Shown here: in pieces, positions 48,081-59,808 of the stretch
How the letters are laid out: the number at the start of each line of letters is the position of its first letter
How positions within the stretch are numbered: the first letter of the stretch is position 1
Made by a program: the position numbers and the translations under genes
Assembly: GCA_026023565.1 (NCBI GenBank)
Contig: JAPETS010000052.1
Span: 62,001-126,000, forward strand
Source of the DNA: Cirrosporium novae-zelandiae
Taxonomy: Eukaryota
DNA length: 64,000 bases
Direction of reading: 5' to 3'
The notes under the pieces: generated by a model
Database searches by the model: none
The model's input: only the letters and a program-made list of their open reading frames with translations
What the model was told of the DNA's origin: nothing

Positions 48081-51000
48081 ATGCTCTCTGAAGCCACCGC
48101 CGACATAAACTCGGCTAACTTAACAAGCGCTCAAACGCTCCCGGCGTCTACTGAAAAAGGAAGACCCACGAAACCCAAGGTGAGTCCGGAAGTTCCCTCC
48201 TCCATCAAAGGAATTTGCCGTCGGCGTACCTGACAATCTTCATAGATGTCGAACAAGCGACCATCCAGTAGTGAGGGTCGCCAACCAGAGAGACTCAAAG
48301 TTGTTAAGATAGATGGACAACCACCAGACTTCTCAACGCCCGTCCGGAAGAGGATTCAATCCTCTACCAGGACTGGGCAAGCTTGCGATAGATGCAGGGT
48401 AGGTGAATCCCATCTCAACTTCAGGTTCGTTGTTTAATGAGCTATCTGAAGGAACTATTGGTTTTCTTCATGTCTTTTAAAACTATGCTTTGATCCCTTG
48501 AACTATAGATATAATCTAACTTATTGCTTTAATGTCAACCGAACTTGAAGATGTGACTGATCTCCTTTAATGAATAGGTTCGAAAGATGAAATGCGACTC
48601 TAAAGCTGGAGGGTGCGGCCCTTGTCAGGCATCCAAAAGTCAATGTGTTACCACCGATCGGATTACTGGGCGACCGAATTCACGTGGTTACGTGGCTGCT
48701 TTAGAAACAGAGAACCAAATGCTTCGAGCCCAAGTTGATAATTACCATGCTCGACTCCTCGCTGCGGGCTTGGATCCCCGAGACTCGCCATTTCAGTATC
48801 CCCCTCCAAAGGGGGATAACCCACCAAGCGCAACATCACCATCATATTCTCCCCCAGAGATGGTTGGTCCGTACCTACAGATAAACCCTTTCGCCGTAAG
48901 TCCGGTACAAACTCCGCCAGCCGGGCAGGGACTCTTTGGACTATCATGCAGTCCAGACCATGGCACGAAACTGAAGGTTCTTGGATTGGAGATTGACATT
49001 GCCGACTTCAGCTCACCTGACATGGATGAACCTGAAGATGTTAATACTCAAACTGGGTTTACGCTCAATAAGTCATGCATGAGTGCAATCCATACAGTTT
49101 GTGGGAAGAATACGACCGTTGCGCGGGTTGACTTACTTCCGGAAGAAATGGGTCTGAAGCACGCAAAGTGGTACTTTATGGTCATCAATCCTTTCTTCCC
49201 CGTCCTTCACGAACCAACTTTTATGGCTCTGGTACGCTCAAAATAACACACCTAGCTCAATCATCTATCCAGATCCAACGCTGACTATGCCTTTAGCTCA
49301 CCCGACATTACGATGAACCCGGAGTTGCACTGTCCGCTGCAGAAGACATCATGATCCATATGGTCTTTGCAGTGATGTTCTATCAATCAGCAGCTAGAAA
49401 CCGAGACAAGCAACCCCAGATTGGCGATGTGAACCAGCAATCCAATGATCATTATCATTACTGCCTGTCTAGAATTCCTGAACTGATCGCAAAACCTACT
49501 TGGCAGGATATCCAAGCTTTGGCAATGATTTGTTTACATCTACGCAGCTTTCCTAAGCCAGGCTGCTTCTCGATTTTGTCAAGCGTTACCTTGACCCTTG
49601 CAATCGACTTGGGAATGCATAGATCGTTCGAGCGCACAGGGCAAGCTGCTCATAGTAATCCACTGGAAATGGAGATGCGAAAGAGAATATTCTGGAGCAT
49701 CCTTTCAATGCTTGTGATGGTCAGTGGGAAGCTCGGCAGGCCCATGCCAGTAAGCTTTAGGGACTTTGACATTGAGATCCCTCAGCCCATTCCTGATCAG
49801 CAGCTCTCCGCAACTGGAATTGACCCTAGCAAGCCGGGAAAATGCAGCTATCTGATGGGCATCGAATTGTTCAAGTCAATTCCTGTAATGGCTGAAATAT
49901 ACAGACAGATTCATCGGTCTCATGACACTCCCGTGGAGCAAGTTCGAATTCTCGATCAAAAGATTGACAACTGGGTAAATCATTGGCCAGATAGTCTAAA
50001 ACCAGGGACCAGTGGCACAGATAAACAAGAGCAAGTCTTCTCCCTGTACCTGTATCTCATTGCCGATGAAATGCGGCTACTATTACATCATCCGTCACTT
50101 TCATTCCGACGTTCGCCAATGTTCGATGAGGCAGCTTTCAATGCCAGCAACATAGAAACCTGTCTCCAAACCTCTCGCAAAATGCTTGGACACGTCACTG
50201 GATTGCGCTCGTTGAAGTTCTTAGATACAACTTGGTACAGTTCTGCAACACTCATTCTCGCGGTGATTACCACTCTTTATATCCAAGATCTCCGCAAAGA
50301 TCAGCTCACTTTCGAGGAATTTAGTAATCTTCAAGGTGAGATGGGGAGGTGGCTTGTAATAATGGGAGATCTCGGTACTATGTTTGGTAAGTCAGATATC
50401 TCAACCTCTTTTCTACATGTTCCCAATCTAATTTCCTTCACAGGCTCGGGGAAGCGACTTGAAACTGCTGTGAAAAGCCTCGTAGATAAAAGACTTGAGA
50501 GTCTCAACTACTACTTGGTCACTCGAACCGCTGTATCCACCGCCGCCTCTGCCTTATCTCAGCAGAATGGGTTTGAGAACGCTTTGCAGCAGGTTGGGGC
50601 TTCGAATGCAACTCAATTTGGACAAGGTAATCCTTTTGTCCAACAACTGCAGGGGAATCCAAACCCCGTTACAGCCAACGGCCAGGGCCAAATTCACGGT
50701 CCTGCAATGAGTACAAATGAACAGAATTTTACACACTACAACTACCCGGAGCCTCCCCTAAACTCCTATGAGGCCAATCCGTACCCCACTGCTGCTGCTG
50801 CACAAGCTCTTGCTGCAGCTACAGCTACATCCTCTCACCAATCTCAGGCTTCCCATAACCCATATGTTGTGGCTCAAGCCCAATCAGCACCTTCGACCTA
50901 CGCTCCCCAGTCTGCTATGAGTCCCCGCATGTCCTGGAAAAACTTTACCCAGAACATATCTGGTCAACACGTTCCACAGCAGGATTTTCATTCCGCTAGC

Positions 51001-51204
51001 GTACTCATCGGCCTTCGTGATCGTGGACAGGGAAGCAATGCTAGTCAAGCTCCTGTTGCTGATATGACTGGTCAAAGCTTTGATGCTTCTGGGGTTCAGG
51101 CCTCTGCCGAATTGGGTACTTGGCCTGATATGATTGTGGGAGGACAGCCAAGTCCAGTCCAGGCCGTGAACCCACAACAGAACCAGCAGATGAAACATGA
51201 TTAG
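48081..51204 (+). CDS. Zn(II)2Cys6 transcription factor with fungal-specific TF (MHR) domain
   Basis: Exons 48081-48179, 48246-48398, 48578-49231, 49297-50386, 50444-51204. ACDRCR/VRKMKCD...CGPC.....C cluster; AIDLGMHR...EMRKRIFWS...KLGRP. The start could alternatively be ATG 48246. Confidence 0.9.
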
Positions 51205-51874
51205 AAGAGAACGCCAACACCTTTTCAGATATCTAATTGTATTTTATGACTTCTCTTCCACTACATTGTCCTATAAGTGCGTCTTTTACGTGATACGATG
51301 TTCGGTGGACGATGGACGAGAATCAGCATTTCAATGTTCAAGGGTGTTTCTTGTTTCCTTTCATCTTTTGTATCGGCTGGCCCCATTAAGAAAAGAAGAC
51401 CTATGGCGGCGCATCAAAATTGGATTCTTGTTTCCTATGCTACTATGAAGACAACTTTTTTATATTTGGAGGTTGGTGGTCTATGTTGATTCTTCGGTTG
51501 TATACTGGGGAAACCCCCAAAGGGCGCAGATGGTCATTATGAGCGGATAAACTGGTAAACTGTCGAAATGGGTTGCATAGTAAGGCCCTTGGGGCAGCGA
51601 ATAGCTACTGGATAGTTATTACAGGGGGTAGCTTGTCATTAGAAGTAGTCGGGGGTTATGTAGTTGGCGGTGGTTGTAATTGGATGGAGAGCGCTTGCGC
51701 TATGTTTATACTACAATATTGTGTTCCCTGCGCAGATGGCCTATCTCATGATCTAGAGCTAGACATTTTAGCTAGGTATGGCGTAGATTTTGGGTTGGTG
51801 CTTGAAGATTGGTGCATATCGAAGAGATTCGAAGTCTTCTGTTGATATGAACTGGTCTCCCGACCTCATGCCAC

Positions 51875-52951
51875 TTATTTATTCCCTTTATTGTCAGGAA
51901 TTACACCTCTCTCCCCCTTCTGTGTTTCCTGTTCCCTTTCGACCCTCCTTCGTTTCACAAACTCCCCCAACGGCCTCCATATGTCTTCCTTCTCCTTGGG
52001 CCTCAACCCAGCCGCTAACCCACTCGTACTGGTAGCCACAAACACCCTCGCCCCCTCCCACCCCGCCCCTTCATCAATCCCCATATTCTCCCTCCCATCC
52101 TGCCAGCCATATCTAAACTCGGATTTCTTGATAGCCCGCCCATAGCGTGCGCGCCACACCGCCTCCCAGATCCCTTTTCCCACTAGACACACAGCCTCGG
52201 GTTTGTATTCACGTACCGTAGATTCCAGGACGGCGACCCCATCAACCATTTCCTGGCGAGTGAGCTCGGAGGCGTCTTTGGTGGGGCGCTTTACGATGTT
52301 TGTGTTTCCGAGGCCGTAGAGGCCCGGCAGGGCATGGGCTTCCGAGGGGTAGCATAGGCGTGGGGTGCAGCCGGAGGAATGGAGGAGTTTGTAGAAGAGA
52401 TTGGAGGGGTGGGCATAGGCGTGGCCGGTGGTGGCGGTGCGGATGCCTGGGTTTACGCCTATGAAGAGTAGGTGCAGGTTGTGGGCTAGGGCGGGCCTGT
52501 AGTTGTTTGTGATGTGAGCGTATCGGGTTGGGGAGGTGTGGTTTCGGGCTCGGGGGGTTTTCCCTTTAGTCTTGGGGGGATCGAGGGGCGGTGAAGCTGA
52601 AAGCGAAGACTGGGATCTGGTTGTTGGTGGTGATGACGATGGTGAAGTGGTAGCGACTGCGCGGCGCTTAGCTTTGGAAGAGTTTGAGTCTGGATCTTCG
52701 GATTTTCGTTTGAGATGAGATTGGTTCGCGGTGGAAGAGATCAATTGGGCTTTTGCTGATGCTCTGGTTATTCTTTGCGTTGTAGGGGGAGCAACGATAG
52801 CTGTAGTAGCACCGGTGGCAGCAGCGTATGCGAACTTCTCTAGCTTGCTACCGAAACTTGGGGGTGGAGGAAATTCAGATCTATGATTATTATTATCATC
52901 ATCATTGTAGTGAGTTTCTACGTCTAGAAGTTCACTTGATTCAGTGGCCAT
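51875..52951 (-). CDS. G/U(T) mismatch-specific DNA glycosylase (TDG/Mug family)
   Basis: LLFIGVNPG...GHAYAHPSNLFYKLL, GNTNIV.RPT, ATSTSGLAA motifs; single exon; low-complexity N-terminus. Confidence 0.9.
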   Translation of the reverse strand: MATESSELLDVETHYNDDDNNNHRSEFPPPPSFGSKLEKFAYAAATGATTAIVAPPTTQRITRASAKAQLISSTANQSHLKRKSEDPDSNSSKAKRRAVATTSPSSSPPTTRSQSSLSASPPLDPPKTKGKTPRARNHTSPTRYAHITNNYRPALAHNLHLLFIGVNPGIRTATTGHAYAHPSNLFYKLLHSSGCTPRLCYPSEAHALPGLYGLGNTNIVKRPTKDASELTRQEMVDGVAVLESTVREYKPEAVCLVGKGIWEAVWRARYGRAIKKSEFRYGWQDGRENMGIDEGAGWEGARVFVATSTSGLAAGLRPKEKEDIWRPLGEFVKRRRVEREQETQKGERGVIPDNKGNK

Positions 52952-54403
52952 TCTCACGATCTCCTCTTTGATTGAGACTGCTTTGCTTGCTAGGTGGCGA
53001 ATGTCGAGGAGGGAGACTCAGGAATCGGAACTTGGTGGGGAAGCTTGAGCAAACAGGGGGTTTGTGCAACCAATAATTGCATAAATTATCAGCTAAGGTA
53101 CCTTACATAGCCTGTCGGGCCTGTTGACGGCCAGTGATCGGCTATGTGGATCCCCCGCGAAGGGTTTTCTACGTTGAAATAACATCGAAGCAACACCTGC
53201 TCATCTTTGTTATAATTGTACACTTAGATGGTAGGGCTTACTACCTACACCATCATAACCAAGCGATGATGTGAGACCTTTTTAGTTTCTTCACTATCTC
53301 TAACCATGTCATCCTTTGGCTATTTTTCTTTTCTTCCAAGGATTGAAGCCATGAGTCAGTACAGGCGGTCAAGAGTGAACCTACTCTGGTGAACCAATTT
53401 CTACCACAGTGTTTCCCACAGGTTGCACTTCTATCGGGTATATTTGCGATATAGCTTCACTCTCAACATCTTTGGGTTATGTGAAGCACGAGTGCCCAAC
53501 CTGCTCACCGCAGCTGCAATGATATACTGATGTGGTAAATTAGCCATAGCCAGAAGAAGACAGTATGACTAAAGAAGAGAAGTGAAACAGCTATCTCTCA
53601 AAGTAGTCAAGAGAATGAACTCTTCTCATCAGTTTAGGGAAGCTGTGTAGAGAGATGGCCACGAAAAGACATGTAAGGGGAAACGATTCGAAGCAGATGA
53701 TTATGATGGTGGTGATGATGGTCAATAAGACAGAAAAAGCTACCACCAGTGGTTTGGCTATTTTTACATGTTAAGCATAGCATACAAGATGATATGTGTA
53801 AAGTCAGTCATGTTAATTGTTGAGGAAAAAGGCAAAGGTTGAAAATTCGGTCAAACACGTGTTTCTGCGTTGTCTGGTTGTGGGGCTTTTACTGCGACCA
53901 GAAACCACAGGACAGCACAACTAAGCACAACCATCAAGTCTCTCCCTCACTGCCTAATGGCTGCCTCGTCCACCGTCCACCGTCCCCGCCTTGACCCCTG
54001 CTTCCGTGGCCCCAGTTACCAGCAACTCCGCCCCGCTTGGGCATCCGCGACAGCCCTGTTCGTACTGCCAGCAACAAATCTAGTACGAAATCTAGCCCCT
54101 CCCTACCCTATCAGCAACTTTGTTTCTATCTCCGTCACCAACCAATGTGTACCTGCATCGAACCGAGATCTACACTATCGTCACCCTCGCTAAACCCGAC
54201 TGAACTATCGAGTCCCAGTTGATATCTGTATATAAATTGTTGTTTCCTTCTCTTCAAGTTTATCAGCATCAGCTCAAACTTCAATAGTCAGTTAAATTCA
54301 AACAGCTACACTTTACCTTGCCTTCCATCCTCTCCTTCTACAAACCAAAACCTTCAACTACCATTATTTACCTTCACAATACCCCCACTATCCAAAACCA
54401 ATC

Positions 54404-55089
54404 ATGTCTGCTCAATTCCAGATGAACGGTTCCAATTTGCCTCGCTCGATGACATACGACGATCGAAGAAGCTACGAGAGTAAGATTCCCTCCACAATTA
54501 CACATACATAGATCTTTAGCTAAAGCCACTTCCCACAGGGAGAGATGAGTCACATGAAACTCCATGCAACACTTTGTGCGTCAACAACCTGTCGAGGGAT
54601 ACTAGGGAAGAGGACCTGATGGTCCTCTTCTCCCAGCAGCGAGGCTACCGAAACCTCTGCTACCGAATGAGCCCCGACGGCCCAATGTGTTTCGTAGAAT
54701 TCAACGATCCCAACGACGCCGCCAAGGCCATTGATGACCTCTACGGTCATGTCCTCGGCAACCGTGTCTCTGGTGGAATCCACCTCAGCTTCGCTAAGAA
54801 TTCTTCCGGCGGCCGCAACTCTCCCGTCCGCAGAGCCTCCACTTCCTCCAGGAGGAGTTCAACCTCATCTCGGTCTCGAGCTTCTACCACCTCCCGAGGC
54901 CCCTCATATCACGATGCCCCTCGCCAACAACCACAACAGCCGGAGATGCAAGGCTATCGGGGTTCGGGCCCAGCTTCCCGTCCCGAATATGACAACCACT
55001 CTGAGCACGACTATGAGGCTCACCCTCAGTATGCCGATCCCTCTATGTACATGAACATCCGGCCCAGAGCCCTCGGCGGTGATTTCTAA
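54404..55089 (+). CDS. Short single-RRM RNA-binding protein with a Whi3/Scw1-type RRM (208 aa)
   Basis: Exons 54404-54479 and 54539-55089 join in frame: PCNTLCVNNL...EEDLMVLFSQQRGYRNLCYR...GPMCFVEF...A..AIDDLYG...GGIHLSFAKN. Confidence 0.8.
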
Positions 55090-55737
55090 ATGCTGCCTTG
55101 CATATTTTCCTACGCTTGAGATGTTCACCATACGATGCATGATAGAATGAACATAGACACTCAACACAAGGAGAGAAATCATTTTTCATTTTTCATTTTT
55201 TGGGCGTCCACTACCGGGTTTTTGGGTAACTTTTTTCCCTCTTTTAAGATGGTACGATGATGATGAAGATGATGACGACGATGACGACGATGACAGCGAC
55301 GACAAAACGCTGAGGATAAACAAATTGAAATGGGGAAAAAACATGACATTAGACTCCAGAGAACGCCTTTGACAGGCCGTTTCGGTTCAACTTTTTTTTT
55401 CTCTCTTTATGATGCATGGATATGGATGAGACAATGGGTTTTTCTCTATTTCTTATCAGGGGGGTTCTTCAAACATATATTATACATATATACACACACA
55501 CTTATACACATACTACAACATAAATAAACATCATCATCTCCTTCTTACTTTTGGTCGTGCAATCAGTTAGGAAGAAACTTTTTTGAGTGGTTGGTGGTTG
55601 ATACTTGGCAACTAGTTCGGCCATTAACAAAAAAAACAATTCCTTCTTTGGTAATAGTTGGCAATTGACGGGCCTAATATAGACATTTATATATTATACT
55701 CTTTAACTGATCAAGCCGTTAAGACGATAACACAAGC

Positions 55738-55750
55738 CAACAACAACAGC

Positions 55751-55788
<38 letters not shown>

Positions 55789-55789
55789 C
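55738..55789. repeat. (CAA)~17 microsatellite with one CAG, between convergent genes
   Basis: Read directly from the sequence. Confidence 0.92.
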
Positions 55790-55922
55790 GCCCTCTAGAC
55801 CTCTTGAACTAAAAAAGGACTTGGGGGTGGTATAGATAGGATCGTATATGTATGCTTATGTATGTACAATTTGCATATTATCATTTATCATCCATCGTTT
55901 ATTTAATACTTCATTTACCCAT

Positions 55923-57891
55923 TCACGAGGACGACGAAGCAGCAGCAGCAGAAGACGAAGAGTTTCGTCCAAATACTTTCTGCAGCCCATTATCCTTCTC
56001 ACCGTTACCACCACTGCCGCGAACCTCCTTATCCTCAATAACATCAAATTTCCTCGCCTTCTCCGTCCATTTCCAGTCCTCGATGTCCGCATCCCTCATA
56101 TTCCGACACGCCTTAAACAAATTCCAAGACCCGGCATTCTCGAAGAACGCATCCATGTCCTCCAGCGAGCGGCCCGAGGTCTCGGGGTACATATACACGA
56201 CGAAGGGGATGACGAAGATGTTGAGAGCGAAGAGGAGAAGGAGAGTGGCGTAGCCGATGGCATCGAAGAGAAACGGCGTGATCATGGTGACGACGCCGTT
56301 TCCGATGCTCCAGCCGACGACGGACCAGGCGCCCCCCTTTGCGCGGACGTTCAGGGGGAAGATCTCCGTCGGGTACAACCAGGGTGTCGTGAGCCATGTT
56401 GCGCCGAAGGTGGATGTGTACAGGAAGACCATGGATGCGACGCCCGCACCGTAGCTGCGCTGGTTCGGCCCGTCCTGCGAGGCGTACTTGTCGAGGATCC
56501 CTGCGATCAGGAGCTCGATGGCCATGAGCACGGCGCCCCAGATCATGGTGCTGCGGCGGCCGACGCGGTCGAGCGTGAGCACGGCGATGAACACGCTGAA
56601 GATATAGGCAATGTTGTTGAAACCCGAGAGGAGCCTGCTGGTGTTTTCGGAGAAACCTGCTAGATGGAACAAGTCCACAGCGTAGACGGTCACGACGCCG
56701 ATGCCCACCAGCTCCTGCATGATTTGGAGCCAGACTGCTAGTACCGTTCGCCAGCGCAGCTGTCTGGAGTATTCGTCTTTGGGGAACAGCATAGCGCCGT
56801 AGTGGTTTATGGATGAGGTTTCCAGCTCGTGTTTTACAACCCGCTTGATGGATTTGAGTTCCATGTCGACGGACCCTTCGCGCGTGGCTTTGAGGACCAC
56901 GCGGGCTTCGTCTTCGCGGCCCATTTTCATGAGCCAGCGAGGTGATTCTGGGAAGAAATTGATCCCGATGCCGATAATGAGAATGAAAACGATTTGGAGG
57001 GCAAGAGGCGTGCGCCACGCCATCACCTTATTCGGATTCAGGTACGCAAAGTATTCGATCCAGTAAGCGAGGGCGAGACCTCCAATGTTCATGACGAACT
57101 CGATGGCCAGGAACGCACCACGTGCGGAATGGGAAGATACTTCGGCGGACCAGACAGGGACGACAGCATCCATGGCCCCGACGCCGACGCCTGCGATGAC
57201 ACGCGCACAGCACATCCAGGTGATGTTGTAGGCCGAGGCTTGGAGAGCCGCGCCGAGAAGAGCCCAGAAGCAGCCGAAGATGATAGCTTTGATGCGACCT
57301 GCACGATCTGCGAGGGAGCCTGCTATAAGAGCTCCGATGAGAGTGCCGCCGTAGTAAACGGCCACAATGCCACCTTCTGCGGCAGTGTTTCTCTGATTGT
57401 CTGATTATATCATTAGTCGAGGCCTGTGAAATGGATGGCAAAGTTCTTACTGTCGAGAGGGTATATGCCCATGAGTTTCTGGTAATCATGGTTTAGGTTG
57501 ACCTGCGACATGACTCCCTGATCATAACCATAAAAACAAATAGCAATACCTTTCACCAACTTGTTAGCAAGATTTTGAATTTGGCAATAAGAGGACTCGA
57601 CCAACCAGCAAAGAGATTGATAGCATTGTACATGGACTTTGGGCTTTTGAACCTCAACATCCGTTTAGGACTATAACCTCCCGGCAAGAACTTCTCCCAT
57701 TTCCATGGCTTTTCATATTCAATATCGAGGTCGTCTTCCTTCTCTCGATATCCGCTATTGCGGCCATCCTTCGTGATTTCGACATTCTTCTGGGTTGGTT
57801 TCTCTGAGAAGACTTCTGTATCAGAAGTATTCGGAGATGAGGAAATGTCATCTTTGATAGGGTCTTCAATATGCGCCGAGTGAGTGGCCAT
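55923..57891 (-). CDS. MFS sugar porter family transporter
   Basis: Exons 57891-57606, 57549-57451, 57400-55923. YGYDQGVMS, ADRAGR, PESPRWL, LDRVGRR, WLYPTEIFPLNVRAKG and YPETSGRSLEDMD signatures. Confidence 0.92.
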
Positions 57892-59808
57892 GGCAGAACG
57901 TGAATTTAAGCGTTAATCACTACAGGCCGATCCTTGTGCAGCTCAGGGACTACGTGCGTTGGAGAAGGGGACAGTGATGTATTTGGTGTAGATCACCTCC
58001 AAGGTTATAGGGGAGGAGAAGGAGAAGAGGACGAGGAAAGATGTGAATGATGAGATACCAATTCTGTCAGGAAAGGAAAGAAGTAGCGATTTATGGTCGA
58101 GCAACTTGTTTAAACCGCATAATCAGACAGTGGGGACGTTGGATCCTCCCCACGTTCCTAAAAAACATGGGTTAGAAAGTAAATACCAGTTAATCCATGA
58201 AGAACCTGGAGAGGCCGTCCCACATTTCCCACATAAATTTTTTTAAGGCCAATGATGATGATAATCAGCAGTGTAGAAGAGAGAAGCTATGACGAATAAC
58301 TGGGGTTCTGGCGGCAAACAATCGTGATAATTCAGATACATGGATACATGCATTAATATTAACATGAAAGTGAAGAAGAAGAAAAAGCACATGACTATAC
58401 CAATGTAGTCAATTGAAGGCAAAAGTTTGATTTGGAAGTTGATTGAGACCAATGACGTAGAAAAGAGTTGAGAGTTGAAGATTCCAGGACGGCAAAAAAA
58501 CGGGAATAGGATAGACAACCCCAAAGGAACTAGGAGATTCATTGGTTAGTTAGACAGAGGTTTGTGATAGCGGCTATCTCCCGTGCAATATTCAAACCTC
58601 ATAGACTAAAAGCCAAACAAAAACGTCTTAAATGAAGACTAGATAGAATTCGGCCCATATCAAGGGTTCACTGTACAGTAATAGACTCAGCTAGCTTGTT
58701 TTGAGCTTGCATCTTCTCCGACATATATAAACATCAGAAATCAAGTTCGAAACAATATACTGGATCTCATCATGTTAAATGTGTGTAGATCAAAAACGAT
58801 AATTTTGTAAAACTAGAAAATCCTCATTGGTAGATTTTGATAAAAAAGACTAAGTTGTTGGAATGGGCTACAGTAACTACATCATAGTAAGTAGTACGTA
58901 TTAGAGATGTTGAATTCCGTATGTTCCTTTTGAAACCCTACCTTGTTGAAGGACTCCCGAAATGGAATGTGAACCGCAACATATTACTGTACTATATAGA
59001 CATTGCTTTCAAAAATACTTGTTGACAACCCCTGGCCGTCCTCAGCTCCCCCTATGTAGTTAACTTTCTCTCCGATCACACTTACATGTAAATGTAACGT
59101 TTTTTCTCGTCATTTTCCCATAATTTTCGGTCACGAGAGAATAAATAGATAGACAAGCAAAGTAATGGAGTGGAGCAGTGGAGAGCAGTGGAGGAGTGGA
59201 GCTGGAGGGAAGATGAAGACGGGGGGAAGTGAAAGGCATTGTGGGGATAAATTTAGAGGCATGACATAATTATAATTTATGCCAAGAATTTTATTCCCCA
59301 TATGGGAATAGTGCATTTGTGTATTTTCGGCTGTCTGAATCAGGAATGCCGACCTTTTTACTCAGTACTCTAGACAAGATCCAAGATAGCAGATATTTAC
59401 AAGTACAATCTGCTTGTGACAAATATTATCTATGTGGCTGGTGGGCATCAACCCCTTTCATTTTACTACCGCTGTGCTACCCACCATGCGTTGGAGCAAA
59501 ACCCAATTTATCCATCTCTAGAGTCATGTAAACCACTGAATTTTTTCATTTTGATGAGGTGTAACCCCAGAACATTGAAGCTGAATTAATTATGCCAAGC
59601 CATTCAAATCCTTAATCGCAGTCATATAATGAAGCCTCCTTCCATGCAAGAATAATAACACTAGCCATGCATCATCCTATCATTTTAGCCACCATCGGCT
59701 GCCTTTTCTTTTTCTTTCCAGCAACTGTATCCCCCATCAAACAAGGAAAGCGCTCAGACAATAGAATTTTTTTTATCATCAGTACCCACAGCTAGAACCT
59801 TGCTGTCT

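Noticed and set aside
48399..48577. Possible nested or recursive intron in the 179-nt transcription factor intron (internal CAG|GTTCGT and an extra CTAAC)
   Set aside because: The first piece would be only 26 nt, and no stwintron-type reconstituted donor could be formed.
54452..54460. ACATACGAC resembling the 5' end of fungal 5S rRNA
   Set aside because: Similarity stops after 9 nt and the site is inside RRM exon 1.
55848..57018. 271-aa antisense and 301-aa alternative-frame ORFs over the sugar porter
   Set aside because: Expected by-products of high GC3 in the transporter exon; no protein-like motifs.
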